From Batkoa obscura (taxonomy: Eukaryota): DNA of 64,000 bases. The notes below the pieces were generated by a model that saw only the letters and a list, made by a program, of their open reading frames with translations, ran no database searches and was not told where the DNA came from. This document shows, piece by piece, positions 10,650 through 24,854 of this stretch (position 1 is the stretch's first letter; each line of letters starts with the position of its first letter). The stretch spans positions 806,001 through 870,000 of the forward strand of contig JASVEC010000016.1 of NCBI GenBank assembly GCA_030770535.1, read 5' to 3'. The translations under genes were made by a program, and so were the position numbers.

Positions 10650-12643
10650 TATAGTTTAATTTAATGTCTGGAGTATTTTTTTTCAATTTGAGTTTATTTA
10701 TATAAATGTCGTAATATTTAATTATTTATATGGTTTAAATTTTTAACTATTGATTTATTTATGTACATATGAAATAAAAGTAGTATTGATTATCATAATG
10801 TAGCTAAAGGTATTTTTATTTTTATTAATTAAATTACTATTTAAATAAAAGTAAATCAAGAGTTAAATAAGTTCAAATAAATAAAAGTGTACTACTATTT
10901 TATTAGTAACTATTCCATTGATGCCACCCTCAATTCATAATAATAACATTATTTATCTTATCAGAGGCCATTATCGTATTAATAAAGACGATCGTTTTTA
11001 CTTACAACCTTCTAACTTTATTATCACTCTCACTTTAGATCAATTCAATGCTTAAACAAAAGTCATATAATTGTATACATAGTATAGCGTTAATACTAAC
11101 ATACTCAATGATAGTAATTGAATTGATTGAATTTAAGGTTAAACAATGATTATCTCTAATAAAAATATACTAGCATTTAAAGAAGCAAATAGTAAAAAGT
11201 ATGCCATCATCTTTGTATATTAAGATTGCTTTATCGGATTAAATACACTACTTGAAGGTGGTAAATAGCTCTAATATTGCTAATATTGGTGTGAGAGATT
11301 TTTTTAAACTTTTTAATGATAAATAGTCAATTCAAAATAAAAAATAGGACAGTAAGCTAACTAATAATTAGTAGCTTTACAAAGTTAAACAGTTGTAGGA
11401 TTTTACTATTATATATAGTTATACTATCAATTGTATAGATTATGTTATAAAATAAGTGAGTTAAACTATGATACTATAAGTGAATAAATTATTTGTATAT
11501 TCAAAAGTTATAAATTCAGTATAAAGCTACTATTTAGTTAACCTTTTTTAACAGTAGCATAATTAATATAGTAACTTATTTAAAAATCCATAAAAACTGG
11601 TTTAATTAAAACTTTTACTCCATAAAATTTTATCAAACATAAAATTTTTAAAAATTAGCCTTAAAATAAAATATTTAAATAGAATGTTACTTTATTAATG
11701 TATTTTTAAATAATTAATTTTTACATAAATTTATTAATTCAATAAATAGATAAATATAAAACAAAACTTTAATTAAGAGCAATCAATATTATATTAAATA
11801 TAAGAAATACTATGCTTGACATTACAATATATTTAATAAGAAATTAATTAAAGTGTGTGATAATTTTAATTCTAAAGCATAGCCAACAGAATCCAGTTAA
11901 AAAAAGTCAATTCACTTACATCACGAGGTTTCAATAAAAAATAATTGTTTTTATCTCCTACTTTTAAAAATTTCATTCTTTAATAGTCACTATTTTGGCA
12001 ATATAATAAGAGTTTTTTTCAATATAACAGTAATACAGAAACTAGCCAACTTATATAAGTGAATTTTAAAAAAACTCGTTATTGAACAAATTTAAACTCC
12101 AGCTTACCTCATTTTAATTTTTTATATTTACAACATTCAGAATTGTTCAGTTAAACGAAATATTTTTTTATAATTTTTCCGTTAGTTAAACCACCCAACT
12201 AATTCATCAATCTAATCACTTTAAATCATTGCTATTAAAACTTAAGTATTTGTATTTTTTAAAATAATATAAAGAAAACTAAACTTTATATTATAATTTA
12301 TTGTATGTTTATATTGACATAATAATCTATTAGCCATTATGTTAATAATCTTCCATCTCACACAAATTTTCTATATTAATAAATTTTTTACCATGCGATG
12401 ACTATTCTTGGCTTTCAGTAAAATTTAGACAACTTCATTTGATTCGTTGAAATTTCACAACTCAAAGCAAAAAAGCAGGGTAAAAATAAGCTAAGATATC
12501 AATTTCCAATTTAATAATTTAAAAAAAATAGTTATCCTTATCCTATTATTTTTTATTTATTGTATTCAAATTCATTTCTATATCTTGAGGTTGATTTAAT
12601 TCTTTATTGACTATTTTTCATTACTTTTTCTTATGAAAATTCA

Positions 12644-15600
12644 ATGGAAAACATTAATTTAAATTTGGCTAAACAGTTAAACTCAACTAAAGATACAACT
12701 AATAGTAAACTTAAAGATGAAAAAGGAACCAGTGATAACTCAAAATCAAGTAGTCCAAATAGTATCTTTGCTCCAACAATACCTACTTCTTCTGTCATAC
12801 CATCCATATGTTCGATAGGTAATTTATTTTAAATTTATATTCTATATAAATTAACTTTAAAAGTACACAAATATGAAGCAAACAACGAAAAGGAACAAGA
12901 TACCCAACAAAAGCCAGCAATAATTAAAGAAAAAAACAATTTACCAGCAAAGATAACTACTACTTTTACAGATAATCCCAATGTGCTTAATAATTCAACT
13001 AGACAGTTAAATCGAGCACCAAAGAATTTGAATGATAAATCAAACCAATTTCAAACTAATTCATTAAATTCAAGACCATTTTCCATGTTTGGTGGTATCA
13101 CAGCGGATCCATTTAAAGACCCGTTTGTTTATCAAAGTAAAGTAGAAGCTAACAATAATAAAAATGCTACTCCAAACGCTCAGCCAGTGGCACCCAAAGT
13201 GCCCGCATTGATATCCAAATTATTAGATGAAAAGCTAACCAAGAAAGTAGTGGTAAGCGATATTGAACAAAAACCTATACGGCCAAGAAGGAACAGCCAT
13301 GGTCTATCTAATTTAGCAGTTCAAAGCTTTAATAATTTAGCCAAAAAGAGAGGTACTATTCTACCAAAAGATGATGTCCCACCTTCCCCATCAAGTTTAA
13401 CTCCAGCCCAAGAGTTTATTCAACAATCAAGTTCTATTATTATTCCAAGGGCTAAATCACCTATCTTATCTGCAGAAGATACTCTGTCTTCTTCAGTAGA
13501 ATCTGGTCTTTCACTTGATGGTTCTTATTTAGCTTCTTCACAATCAGTAAAAGCTCATTTCCCATTTTTAAAGTCAAAGACACCCATTTCTTTATTAGAA
13601 GCATCTCAAAATTCATCTTCCGGTAAACCATCACCAATTCAATTAAATACACTATCAGATGAAAAAAAGAATAGGAGATCTTATTCTGCTTTATCTTCTC
13701 CAACTCAAGTACCAGCTGCTTTAAGGAGACACTCTCAGTCTAGGGTAACTAGAGGCTATCGACACAAACCTTTATTAGAACAATCAAAAAGGAGTTCTTC
13801 TAATTTAAGAGAAAATAGTTTCCCATCTTCAGTTAATACAAGCGATATAGGGGAAGATTCTGAAGGTCAAGATTCGGATGCAGTATCTGGTTTACAAGAA
13901 AAAGAAGCTTATTCACGAGTATTACCTGAACTTGAATATGAAGATTCTGTCAATGGACTTGATCCAACAGACCAATTTTTACCCTTAGGAGATATACGAC
14001 AATCATTGATTGAAGAAGTGAGATTAGCTCAACAAGCAGCCCATGAAGAAATATTAAGTATTGTTATTGAATGGTATCGTAATCAAGGAATTATTGAATC
14101 AGGATGTCCATTTAATTGTACGCAACATCCATGTCATCATTTTACATCTCAAAAAGAGTTACCAGTGAATAATCCAACAGTTAAAGAACATAAGCCTAGT
14201 AAATCTCAACATCTACCCATTCCATTACCAAGGCATCCATCCTTAGATAAAAGAAGCCATAAAGTATTAAAATTTCGGTTACATTCGAATAGTTGGCCAC
14301 CCACTTATTTAGTATCTTCACATACTATATTGTTAAATGAAATTAATGCTGTAGCACAACAAATTTTAAATTTAGATTTTGAAGTAATGGTAACCACTTC
14401 TATATGTACTGAAATAATGAAACAACTTCAACGATTACAAATTGAACAAAGAAGGATGACAGTTGGTAATGCAGAAGCAGAAGTATTATTATCCAAATTA
14501 ATCTTTGAATTTTCTCCTGTTAGTCGATTAGTAGAAGGTTTGAAAGATTTTGATTTAACTCAAAATGAGGTTTTACTTTATGAAGCTCAATTACAATCTA
14601 CAGCTCCACCATCTCCGTCTCCTTTACGTCATTCCTATTCTTTTACAAGCGAAGATGGTAAAGCTATTAAATCTTCGATTGCTAATGCACCTAAAAAATC
14701 ACCTTTTGGTTCACCAGAAAAAATATCTTCCTTATCTCAATTGTTTGGTCGATATAAAGAACCTGTTAATGATTTAATATCCCCATTATCACCCATTGAA
14801 GGTAAATTAAATTTAACAAAAGCCAATCATTTAAGTCCGCATTTACCATTAAGCTCCAATGCATCTTCACCTGATTTAAGATCCAAACCTACATTTGTTT
14901 CTGATTCTAGTACCGATGATATACCTAAAATAACTAAAGCTAATAACAAAACTAATAATAGTAATTTCAATGTCTCACCAGAATTGCATCTTCCTACTTT
15001 AACTACATCTGAAGATCCATTAAAACAATTACCATTACAATTTACTTTATCTCCACCAACAATACCTAGTCCACGTAGAAAATCAGAAATACCAATAATG
15101 AAGGATAGTTTTAATTTAAGACCAAGTCCAAAATTAATGCCCAGTTCCTTATCAACTAATCAACATTTACCAATAACATCTTATTCTGTACCAGCTAAAA
15201 GAGAAAAAACACATACTAAAGGATCTAAAAGTGTAGTTAATTTATTTAAAAATATGGGATTCATTAGTAATAAAAGTGGAGGTATACCGAAAGATGGCTC
15301 ATTTCCAGTCTCAAGAAAAAGTAAAAAAATGGATGATTCTAGGCCATTAAGTCCAGTTTTATTAAGAGTATCCAATAGTCATCATCGTAGTCAATCGGCT
15401 GATTCTGGATTAATTAAACGCTTTTCAAGCCCAATACCAGCTACACAAACATTAGAAAATAGTGATACAACTCCATTTGATTCGAATTCAATACCCAACA
15501 GTAAACCCATGTTACCACCAATCATATGTCGATTATGTGAAATCCCAATACCATGTGATCAGTTTGATTTTCATTCCAAATATTGTTTAATTCGACAAAA

Positions 15601-17489
15601 TTATGAAATTGAAATGATGCAACATCGACACAATCTAAGTAAAATTAATACCAATTTAGAACGTCAACGTCAATTACTTTCATCAACTACAAGTTCCGCT
15701 TATCTAGATCTAATTCCACTACAACGTTGTGAATCTTTATTAAAATTAATTACTAAAATTACTCAAATGGATTTAAAACCTAGGGATGTAATTGTTAGTA
15801 AATCCCATCGTTATTCTTCTAAGATAAAAGAATTATTACTTACAAGTAATAAAAAATGGAATGATCCTATTATTAAAACAGGTGGAGAACAATTATTAGC
15901 ATTATTACCAAAATTAGTTAATACTATTATTAACTATCGAGATCAACAAATACCTGAAAGTTCACCCTCAATTGGTGGATTATCCCCAGGTTCTTTATTA
16001 ACACCATTAACTAACTCTGCTCAACCTTCTCCAGGTACTAGTCCTAAGGAAAGCTTTTTAGAAAAATCCTTTTTTAATTTAAGGAAAAGACATCAACGTA
16101 CAACTAGCAGTACATCTACTAATTCTAGTTCACCTGAACCTGAAAATACATCTACATCTAAAAAATTAGTTAGTTTATTAATTGGTATGTTAAAAAAGAA
16201 TCATAAAAAACCGAATGAAAGTACAAGTACAATTATACCAAGAGATGAGCCTATTCAATCTCCTATTAGTGAACAATCAATCATTAATCGTAAATCAAAT
16301 ATACCTTCAATTGATGATTTTGAAATTATTAAACCAATATCACGTGGTGCTTTTGGAAGAGTTTATTTAGCACGAAAAAAAACAACTCAAGATTTATTTG
16401 CTATTAAAGTAATTAAAAAAGATGATATGGTAAGAAAAAATATGGTACGACAAGTTATGACGGAAAGAAAAGTAATGGCATTAGCATCTACTCCTTATGT
16501 AGTCAGTATGTTTTTTGCATTTCATTCCCAAAACTATTTATATTTGGTAATGGAATATATGATTGGTGGAGATTTGAGTTCCCTTTTACAAGGGTTTGGT
16601 ATCTTTTCAGAAGAAATGGCTCAATTTTATGTAGCAGAAACAGTGTTAGCATTAGAATATTTACATAAAAATGGAGTGATTCATAGAGATTTAAAACCAG
16701 ATAATATATTAATTGATGCAGATGGGCATATTAAATTAACAGATTTTGGATTATCTAGGATATCTATTAAAGAACCAGAAATTGATTCTTTACCCAACAA
16801 AATTCAACGATCTAAATCTAAGTTATTTAAAAGAAATCAATCGAAAAAAAATAAAGAATCTAAGAATAGTAAAGAAAAATCAAAAACTACATTAAACAAA
16901 GGAGATACTAATAAAAGTAAAGAATATGTCAAACCACCCAGTAATCGAGCGTTATTAGGAACACCTGATTATTTGGCACCTGAGCTATTGTTAGGTATTG
17001 GTCATGATTCTTCTGTTGATTGGTGGGCTTTAGGTGTTTGTTTATTTGAATTTTTAGTTGGTCATCCACCTTTTATGGATGATACACCTGAAGATATCTT
17101 TAACAATATATTGAATTTGAAAATACAATGGCCATCCGAAAATTATTTATCATATGAATCGATTGATTTAATACAACATTTATTAATACCAGATCCTTAT
17201 AAAAGGTACAAATCTAAAGATATTAAAAAACACTTATTTTTTAAGTCAATTGAATGGGATAATTTAATCAATTTAGAAGTACCATTTAAACCTAATCCAG
17301 AAGGTAAATTAGATACTAGTTATTTTGAATTAAGAAATCAAAGACCAGATATATTAAAACATCAATTGGAAGATAATGATTTATTTGAAAATGATTTATT
17401 AACGGAAGGTTCTTCATCTTTAGCAGATCATCAATCGATTCCTATTATTTCTCCTCCTTTAAAGCCAACAAATACAAAGGAAAAGAATG

Positions 17490-17521
<32 letters not shown>

Positions 17522-17716
17522 GGAAAGAAAGATAGTAACAATATTAGTGAAAAAGTAGATGGAGTACAAGAAGGAATTCATAATAATAATGAAGATTTTG
17601 ATTCATTTCAATATAAGAATTTAGAATTATTATCGGAATATAATAAGGAAATGGCTAATGTAACTAAATGGTTACAAGAATCTGTAGCTCCAAACCAAAA
17701 TAATAATAATACTTGA
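12644..17716 (+). CDS. AGC Ser/Thr kinase of the Rim15/Greatwall(MASTL)/plant IRE group; one intron 12819-12863
   Basis: [44 protein letters not shown] + activation-loop insert + [10 protein letters not shown]2HC finger [20 protein letters not shown]; tail FDSFQYKNL. Exon 1 splices in frame to the long ORF. Confidence 0.9.
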
Positions 17717-17905
17717 TATTAATGATGGGAGTGAAAGTAAGTTGAAATAATAATACATAATAATAAGTGGATAAAGTAGATAAGAGATGAGATGTTAGTT
17801 TTTTTATTGTTTTTTGTTAAAGTGTTGTGGTTAGTTCTATTTTTTTAATAAAAAGTTTATTTTTTTTATATTCTATTGTTTTTATAGTTAATAAGTGAAT
17901 TATAA

Positions 17906-18010
17906 TATGGGAATATATTTTTGTATCTAATGATTTTACTAATAGTTTTTCCATTCAAATACTGCTTAAAAAATGGAAAAGTGATAAAACCAAAAAAAAA
18001 CATCCCCATA
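17906..18010 (+). mobile_element. ~100-bp MITE family copy between the convergent kinase and AFG2 3' ends
   Basis: TA-tgggaat..aaaatggaaaagtgataaaacc..catcccca-TA. Confidence 0.8.
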
Positions 18011-18048
18011 TATTAACAAATAATTAAATAACTTCTATTTTTATTTTT

Positions 18049-20911
18049 TTAAACTTCTGTCAATTGAGAACCTATTTTAAATTGATGGTAAAATTGCAAC
18101 ATTTCTGAAGTTATATTACGTTTTAACCCATTATTTAAAATTTCTTTAAAATCGGATAATTTTACCTAAAAGAAATTAAAATAACTTATAATAAACAATA
18201 AAAACTTACAAATTTGTTCTCCATTGATTTCATTATACAATTCATTGCAGCTTCTTGACAAAGATGAACAATTTCAGCACCTGAACAACCTTCCGTCTAA
18301 TTAAATTAACTTAAATAACAATATGAAACTATCAATAATAATCTAATTACCTGTTTCACTAAATAATCAATATCAACATCTTCATAAAATGGTATTTTTC
18401 TACTTTGAATATTAAATATTTCTTTTCTAGTAGTATTATCTGGTGGTCCAACATATAATATTCGATCCATTCTACCAGGCCTTAATAGAGCTGGATCCTA
18501 ATCAAAGTTCAATTATTATAAACAAATTAACTAAATTCTTATTTTAAAGTTACAATAACATCCGGTCTATTAGTAGCACCAATAACTGTAACGTGATTTA
18601 ATTGATCAATACCATCTAACTCAATTAAAAACTGCGCTAGAACTCTTTCTTGAACTGAAGCAGTTTGATTATTGGCTTCTCTTTTCACTGTTAATGCATC
18701 TAATTCATCAAAAAATATAATACTAGGTTGTGTTTGTCTAGCTTTTCTAAATACTTCTTTTAAATTTTTTTCACTCTGACCTACATATTTATCAAATAAT
18801 TCAGGTCCTTTGACTAATAGGAAATTTAATCCAGATTCGGTTGCTAATGCTTTAGCCATCAATGTTTTACTACATCCTGGGGGCCCATAAAAGAGTAATC
18901 CCTTGGGTGGTGATATTCCAAATTTAGTAAATATTTCAGGTTGTTTTAAGGGCCATTCTACTGATTCTTTTAATTTTTGTCGTATATCATGTTGCCCTCC
19001 GATATCACTCCAATATACTTTAGGTACTTCAATTGCTACCTAGATTATAAATTAAAATATTTAGTTTTCATTTATTAGTATTTTATTGTTATTTACTTCT
19101 CTCATAGCGCTTGGTTTAATTAAATTAAAAGCAGTAATTAAATCACTATATTCAAGTTTTAATTCATTAACTATAAAAAAATAATATGAATATTCAATAT
19201 AATTACAATTATAATTTAACTTACTATCCGATTCTTGTTTTTCTATATTTCTTTTAATAGCCATTAGTCCTGCTTCTTTAACTAAAGAACTTAAATCTGC
19301 TCCCACATAACCATAAGCTTTATCTGAAATATCTGAAATTTGTTGTTGAGTTAATTCATGATAAGTATCTTTTAATAATGTATTTAATATATCAAATCGA
19401 TCTTCAGAATTTGGTATTCCTAAATAACATTAATGTTAATGTTAAAATTAGTGTTAAAATTATATGTTAAAATTAAATAATTATAACTCAACAATTACCA
19501 ATTTCAATTTCAACATCAAATCTACCCGGTCGACGTAATGCTGGATCAATTGAATGTAATCGATTGGTGGTTCCAATTACCATGACCTTAGAACTGGTTT
19601 CATTACCTATGCCGTCCATTAATGTTAAAAAAGTAGCCACAGTTCTCTTCTCAAGTTCCGATTGGGACTAAAATAATATTAGTAAATATTGTGGATTATA
19701 CTTTTCATTCTCTATTTTTATTTTGCTTACACTTTCTCTATTTGGACAAATAGCATCAATTTCATCAATACAAATAATACAGGGTTGATTTAATTTTGCT
19801 TTTTGAAATAATTCTTTTATCTAAATAATAATAAATATTATTACTATATAAAATAAGCTACAATTATAGACTTACCCTTTCTTCTGTTTCGCCCACATAT
19901 CTTGAAGATAAATCCGGAGCGGATATCAATAATGTAAACACATTAAAATATTCAGCCATTGATTTAGCTAATAAAGTTTTGCCCGTTCCTGGTGGACCAA
20001 ATAATAGTATACCTTTACTTGGTTTTAAATTATATTTCAACAATAAATCTTCTTTTTCAAAGGTGAATTGTATTAATTTTCTTATACTTTCGATCTCTTT
20101 TTTTATACCTCCGATTTTTAATTCCACATGGGATTTGGTTGATGCTGCTTTTTTACTTGTTATGTCTAAGATAGATTGGTTGAGGTTATATTTTCCTATT
20201 AAGTTAGGGGTAGCGTTTTCATTAATACTTTCAATTTTGAATAAATATGGTTTGCCACTTAAATTAATCGTTATAATCTCTCCGATTATTACATATTCTA
20301 ATATTCCTGTTTAACTTCATTAGTTTTACTCTACTTCAAAAAACAAAACCCTCCACTTACCTAATAATTGTTCAATATATTGTTTAAAATCTTTAATATC
20401 ATTAACTTCTTTTGCAATGGGTACTAAGCTCACTTTTTTAATATCTATAATTTCTTTTTGAATTTCTTCTATTCGCATAACTCTCACTTCATCTCCATGA
20501 AACCCATTTAAATTTCTTATTGTGTCATCAGTCACTATCAAATCTATAAAAATGATTTATACTTAAATTCAAATTCTATCAATAATAATATTTGATTAAC
20601 TTTAAATTACCTTTTTCCTTCAACTCAAAACTTGGCCATACTCGAGCAATTACTCTTTTTTCTATAAGCTACTAAAAGTGGTTAGTATCAAGCTGAAAAA
20701 CTACCTTATCCCTCCATCTCTTTGACTCTTTATTTCAAAAGATTAATAATAATCTTACCTCTTCTTCTTTTTTAATTAAACAGTAATCATTTGTTTTTAA
20801 ATTTAACTTAAGCATTGTTTCAATTGACATGATTACTTTTCGATTAGGCTTGATTGGTAGACTATTGTCTTTCGTTGTTTTAGATAATAGTTTTAATATG
20901 AAGTTGGACAT
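18049..20911 (-). CDS. AFG2: Double AAA+ ATPase AFG2/DRG1/SPATA5 (60S maturation), multi-exon
   Basis: D1 [13 protein letters not shown] and [11 protein letters not shown]2 [57 protein letters not shown]. Confidence 0.85.
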
Positions 20912-22016
20912 TGTTTCTAAAATTGAAAATGAAAATGAAAATAAAGCTGAAAATGAGAAGTCCACTCTTTAAACTATTTAGTAGTTTGAGTATGTGTATG
21001 GATTTTAAATTGCTTTCCTTTTTTAGTGATGTTTTTGGAGGAATTTTTGATGCTATTAGTAGTTAAAAACAATACTTGTTTATTTAGTAATAAATGGGCA
21101 ATTATTTGAATAATTTAATATACAAATAAACTTTAAAATCGATATGATATGATAGCGACTTTATAATATAAGATTTTATTTCTTTATTTTAGAATGAAAC
21201 TTGTTTTTGGAAGACTTTATAACTTTTTCGTAGCATATATATTGACTGATATAATCAAATTTACTTTTATTGTGTAGTATATAGTAAAAAAAATAGCATG
21301 TTAAATTGAAGATTAAATATCCGACAAACTCAAGCTATTCAGGTATATCAAGATGGTAGAAGACAAGTAATAATTGATGGAAATGTCAATAATATTCATT
21401 TTAAATAAATTTATTTTTAGAAACTGAGTTTAAAAATAACCGAGAAAAATGGATGGGGCAAAATCAAAAAAGAATGAAAAGTTAAAGTAAAAGCAAGGAT
21501 TAAGGATTCGGATACATCAAAGCTAGTTCAACTTGTTAAGTTTTTTAAAAAGACACATTAAATAAAAGCCACTTTAATTTTTATCTTCTTTTAACAATAG
21601 CTTTTGCTGTCATCAATTATTTAGGCTATTAATAAACTATCTTTTTATTAACCAAGGGTTAATTTGATAAGAAATTACAAAAACGGCATTAAAATTAAAT
21701 TCGAGTTTATTAAACTTTCACAAAAATTAAATTCTAATTAAAATCTTAGGGTACAAACGGCTCTTTGCAATGACTGATAAATAATAATAATAATAGGCTA
21801 TTATTATAATCAAATTAGATCATTTTCATATAAACCCTTTAATGAGCCAATCTTACTCATACTTCAACTTACTAGCTATTGGTCAAGTTTAGAAATAAAA
21901 ACTAGCTCCATGGCGCAATTTTATTAAATACTAGTGAACTAAAAACTATAAAATAAAATTCAAAATTCAAGATTTAGAAACTAATCAACTATTCTAACTA
22001 TTCTAATTAAAACAAA

Positions 22017-23260
22017 ATGTCAAAACAAAATTTATTGTCTCAAGTTGTTAAAACAGGAATCCGTTCATTAACAACCAAAAATCTAAGTTCTTTACCAAAA
22101 AATTTCAAATTTACCGAAGAAATACGTGATGCTTTAGAAACTGGTAAACCTGTGGTAGCTTTAGAGTCTTCCAATATAGCTTATGGTATTGTCTAATAAT
22201 TGATACTCATTGTATAAATGCTAACCATACCATCCAGGCTTCCCATACCCTCGTAACATTGAAATAGCCAATGACGTACAAAACATTGTAAGAGCACAAG
22301 GTAGTATTCCAGCTATGATAGCTTTATTAAATGGTAATGTACATATTGGATTGAACTCTGAGCAATTGGACCAATTAGCAAAAGCTGGTCCTAATGCTAG
22401 AAAGGTATCTAGAAGAGATTTAGCTTATACATTATCTGAGGTAGGAGCTTATTTTATAATAAGGATAACTAATAGATATTTATTTCACCTTTTATTGTTA
22501 GAAAATAGTAGGTGCTACTACAATAGCAAGTACGATGGTGTTAGCTCATAAGGTAGGTATCCCTATCTTTTCTACTGGTGGGTTAGGCGGTGTACATTAT
22601 GGCGCTGATAAAAGTAGGATTTATATTCCAGTCTACAATCTATTAATAAAACTAACTTTACTCTCTCATTAGCTTTTGATATCTCAGCAGATTTAACCGA
22701 ATTAGGACGTACATCTATAACAGTTATATCAGCAGGGGCCAAATCTATATTAGATATTGGTAGTACTTTAGAATATCTGGAAACTCAAGGGGTAGCTGTA
22801 GCTACCTTAGGAGAAAGTGAATATTATCCAGGTTTTTTTACACCTACTTCAAATTACAAAGCACCAATTCACCTGAAGACTTTGGAACAAGCAACGAATA
22901 TGATAGGTATCCTATTTTATTATAATCTATAATCTTTAGTTTCTAATTGTTATTATTTTCTATTCAGACGCTCATTTCAATCTTGATTTACAATCTGGTA
23001 TCTCTATTGGTGTGCCCATCCCAGCTGAACTTTCTAAAGTTGGTAGTGAGATACAAGCTGCTACTGATCAAGCAATTAAGGAATGTGAAGAGCAAGGTGT
23101 TGAAGGGAAAACAGTGACTCTCTTTTTACTAAAAAGAATTAATGAGTTAACCCAAGGAAAATCAGTGGAAGCCAATATTGCATTAATTAAAAATAATGCA
23201 ATGATTGGTGGTAAGTTGGCATACTTACTTGCTGAGAAACGTAGCGGGCAGATAGAATAG
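22017..23260 (+). CDS. psuG: Stand-alone pseudouridine-5'-phosphate glycosidase (PsuG/IndA family), divergent paralog; 5 exons
   Basis: [86 protein letters not shown]; stop at 23260 with no kinase domain following. Confidence 0.9.
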
Positions 23261-24854
23261 AGGCTGATGTAGAGTAGAGTTCATGTTTTTATCAGAAATA
23301 AATCAAATTACTATAAATACAATGTGTATTTTTTATTGGTTACAAAAGTTTATGCTTTGTTAAATGAAATATCCTCTTAAAACTTTTCTATATTTATGGT
23401 TTTGGTAAATAGATATGATGATAATTCATTGTTATGATCAATAGCTTCAGATTAAATAGAATAAGAGCGAGTGTTAATGTTTGGAGTAATGATTTATCGA
23501 ATTTAGTCTCAGCAAGCTAGTGACTGAATCTACATTGTTAATGTTAAAGTAGCTAAGGTAACATAGAAAGTGTGAGAAGTACTATTACCCATCCATAATA
23601 AGAAAAATTATTTATCAGTTTATAAAAAAAAATTTTGAACAAATTGATAAAATGTAATAAAAATGAGTTAAAAGTTTTATAACATATTAAAAATGTTCAG
23701 AATTTTAATCATTATAAAGTTAAAAAAAATTTCGTATGAGGTTTTAAATATTTAAAATATCAATAAAATTAAGATACTAATCATATAAAAAGATATTTTT
23801 TATAGTGAATATTGCAATACCCTGTGAGAATCAGTATAAATGTCGGGGTTAAAAAATACTGCAACAATAAGATCTATCAAATTGTATTTTTAGTTAAATA
23901 TACAAAGCTTTTAAAATCGAAAAATCCCTATTGTTAAAAAAAATTAATAAATGAATGAAAAAGTCAAAACAATCAAAATGAAGAAGCATTGCATGAAAAT
24001 TCTTTATTAAAAATACATAAATACTTTTTTCTGTTAGATAAAAAATTATACAACATCAATTAAATACCCATTTTTTTCTAGATGTAACCTTTTATCTATT
24101 GTTTATATACTATTAAAGTTAATATCTTTACTACATAATAACCTTTTCTTTTTTAAGATAAGAGATACATACATATATCAACCGATCTCAAGATCTCTTT
24201 AATAACCAAAGGTTTTAAAAAAAATTATATTAACGATGAAAATCAATATATGCGAAACCGTCATAGACTAATAGCTATTTATTATGATCCTTTAATGTGC
24301 CATAAACTTGATGTCGGCTCAGATAAAGCAGAACGATTTCTTATTGTATTTAAAAGGGAAACTAAATTATAGGGTTGGGATGGTACTGAAAAAGGAAAAC
24401 ATACCTTCGGTATAAAATAGCTATCCTTTAAGCTGACCGGAGTTGGAAAGGTTTAAACAAAAACTCATGTCTAAAACAAGTTTTTCACAGTGTGCGTCAA
24501 TTTTAAATAGATTTGAGAATACTGTAAAAAATAAAGAGATAGTTTTCACAAAAAAATGTTATCAAGTGTAAATAATTTTGAGAATAACAGCGAATGTTTT
24601 ATATAAACTACTATATATCTGTTACTCTATTTTTACAAAGTATGTTTTTAGAACAGTCTATACAATAATCTTAAGAATTACGAACTAATAGAATTCAATC
24701 ACTTAACGCTATTAAAATTGTTTTTGAAAAATAGTCCCAAAATCTATTTATTAATGAAAAACTACGTCTTAGATGTAATATTGTCCATAAAATATTTTAC
24801 AATCTTGTTTTTATTTTTATTTTATTCTGGTGGAAATTAATCTAATTATATTAT

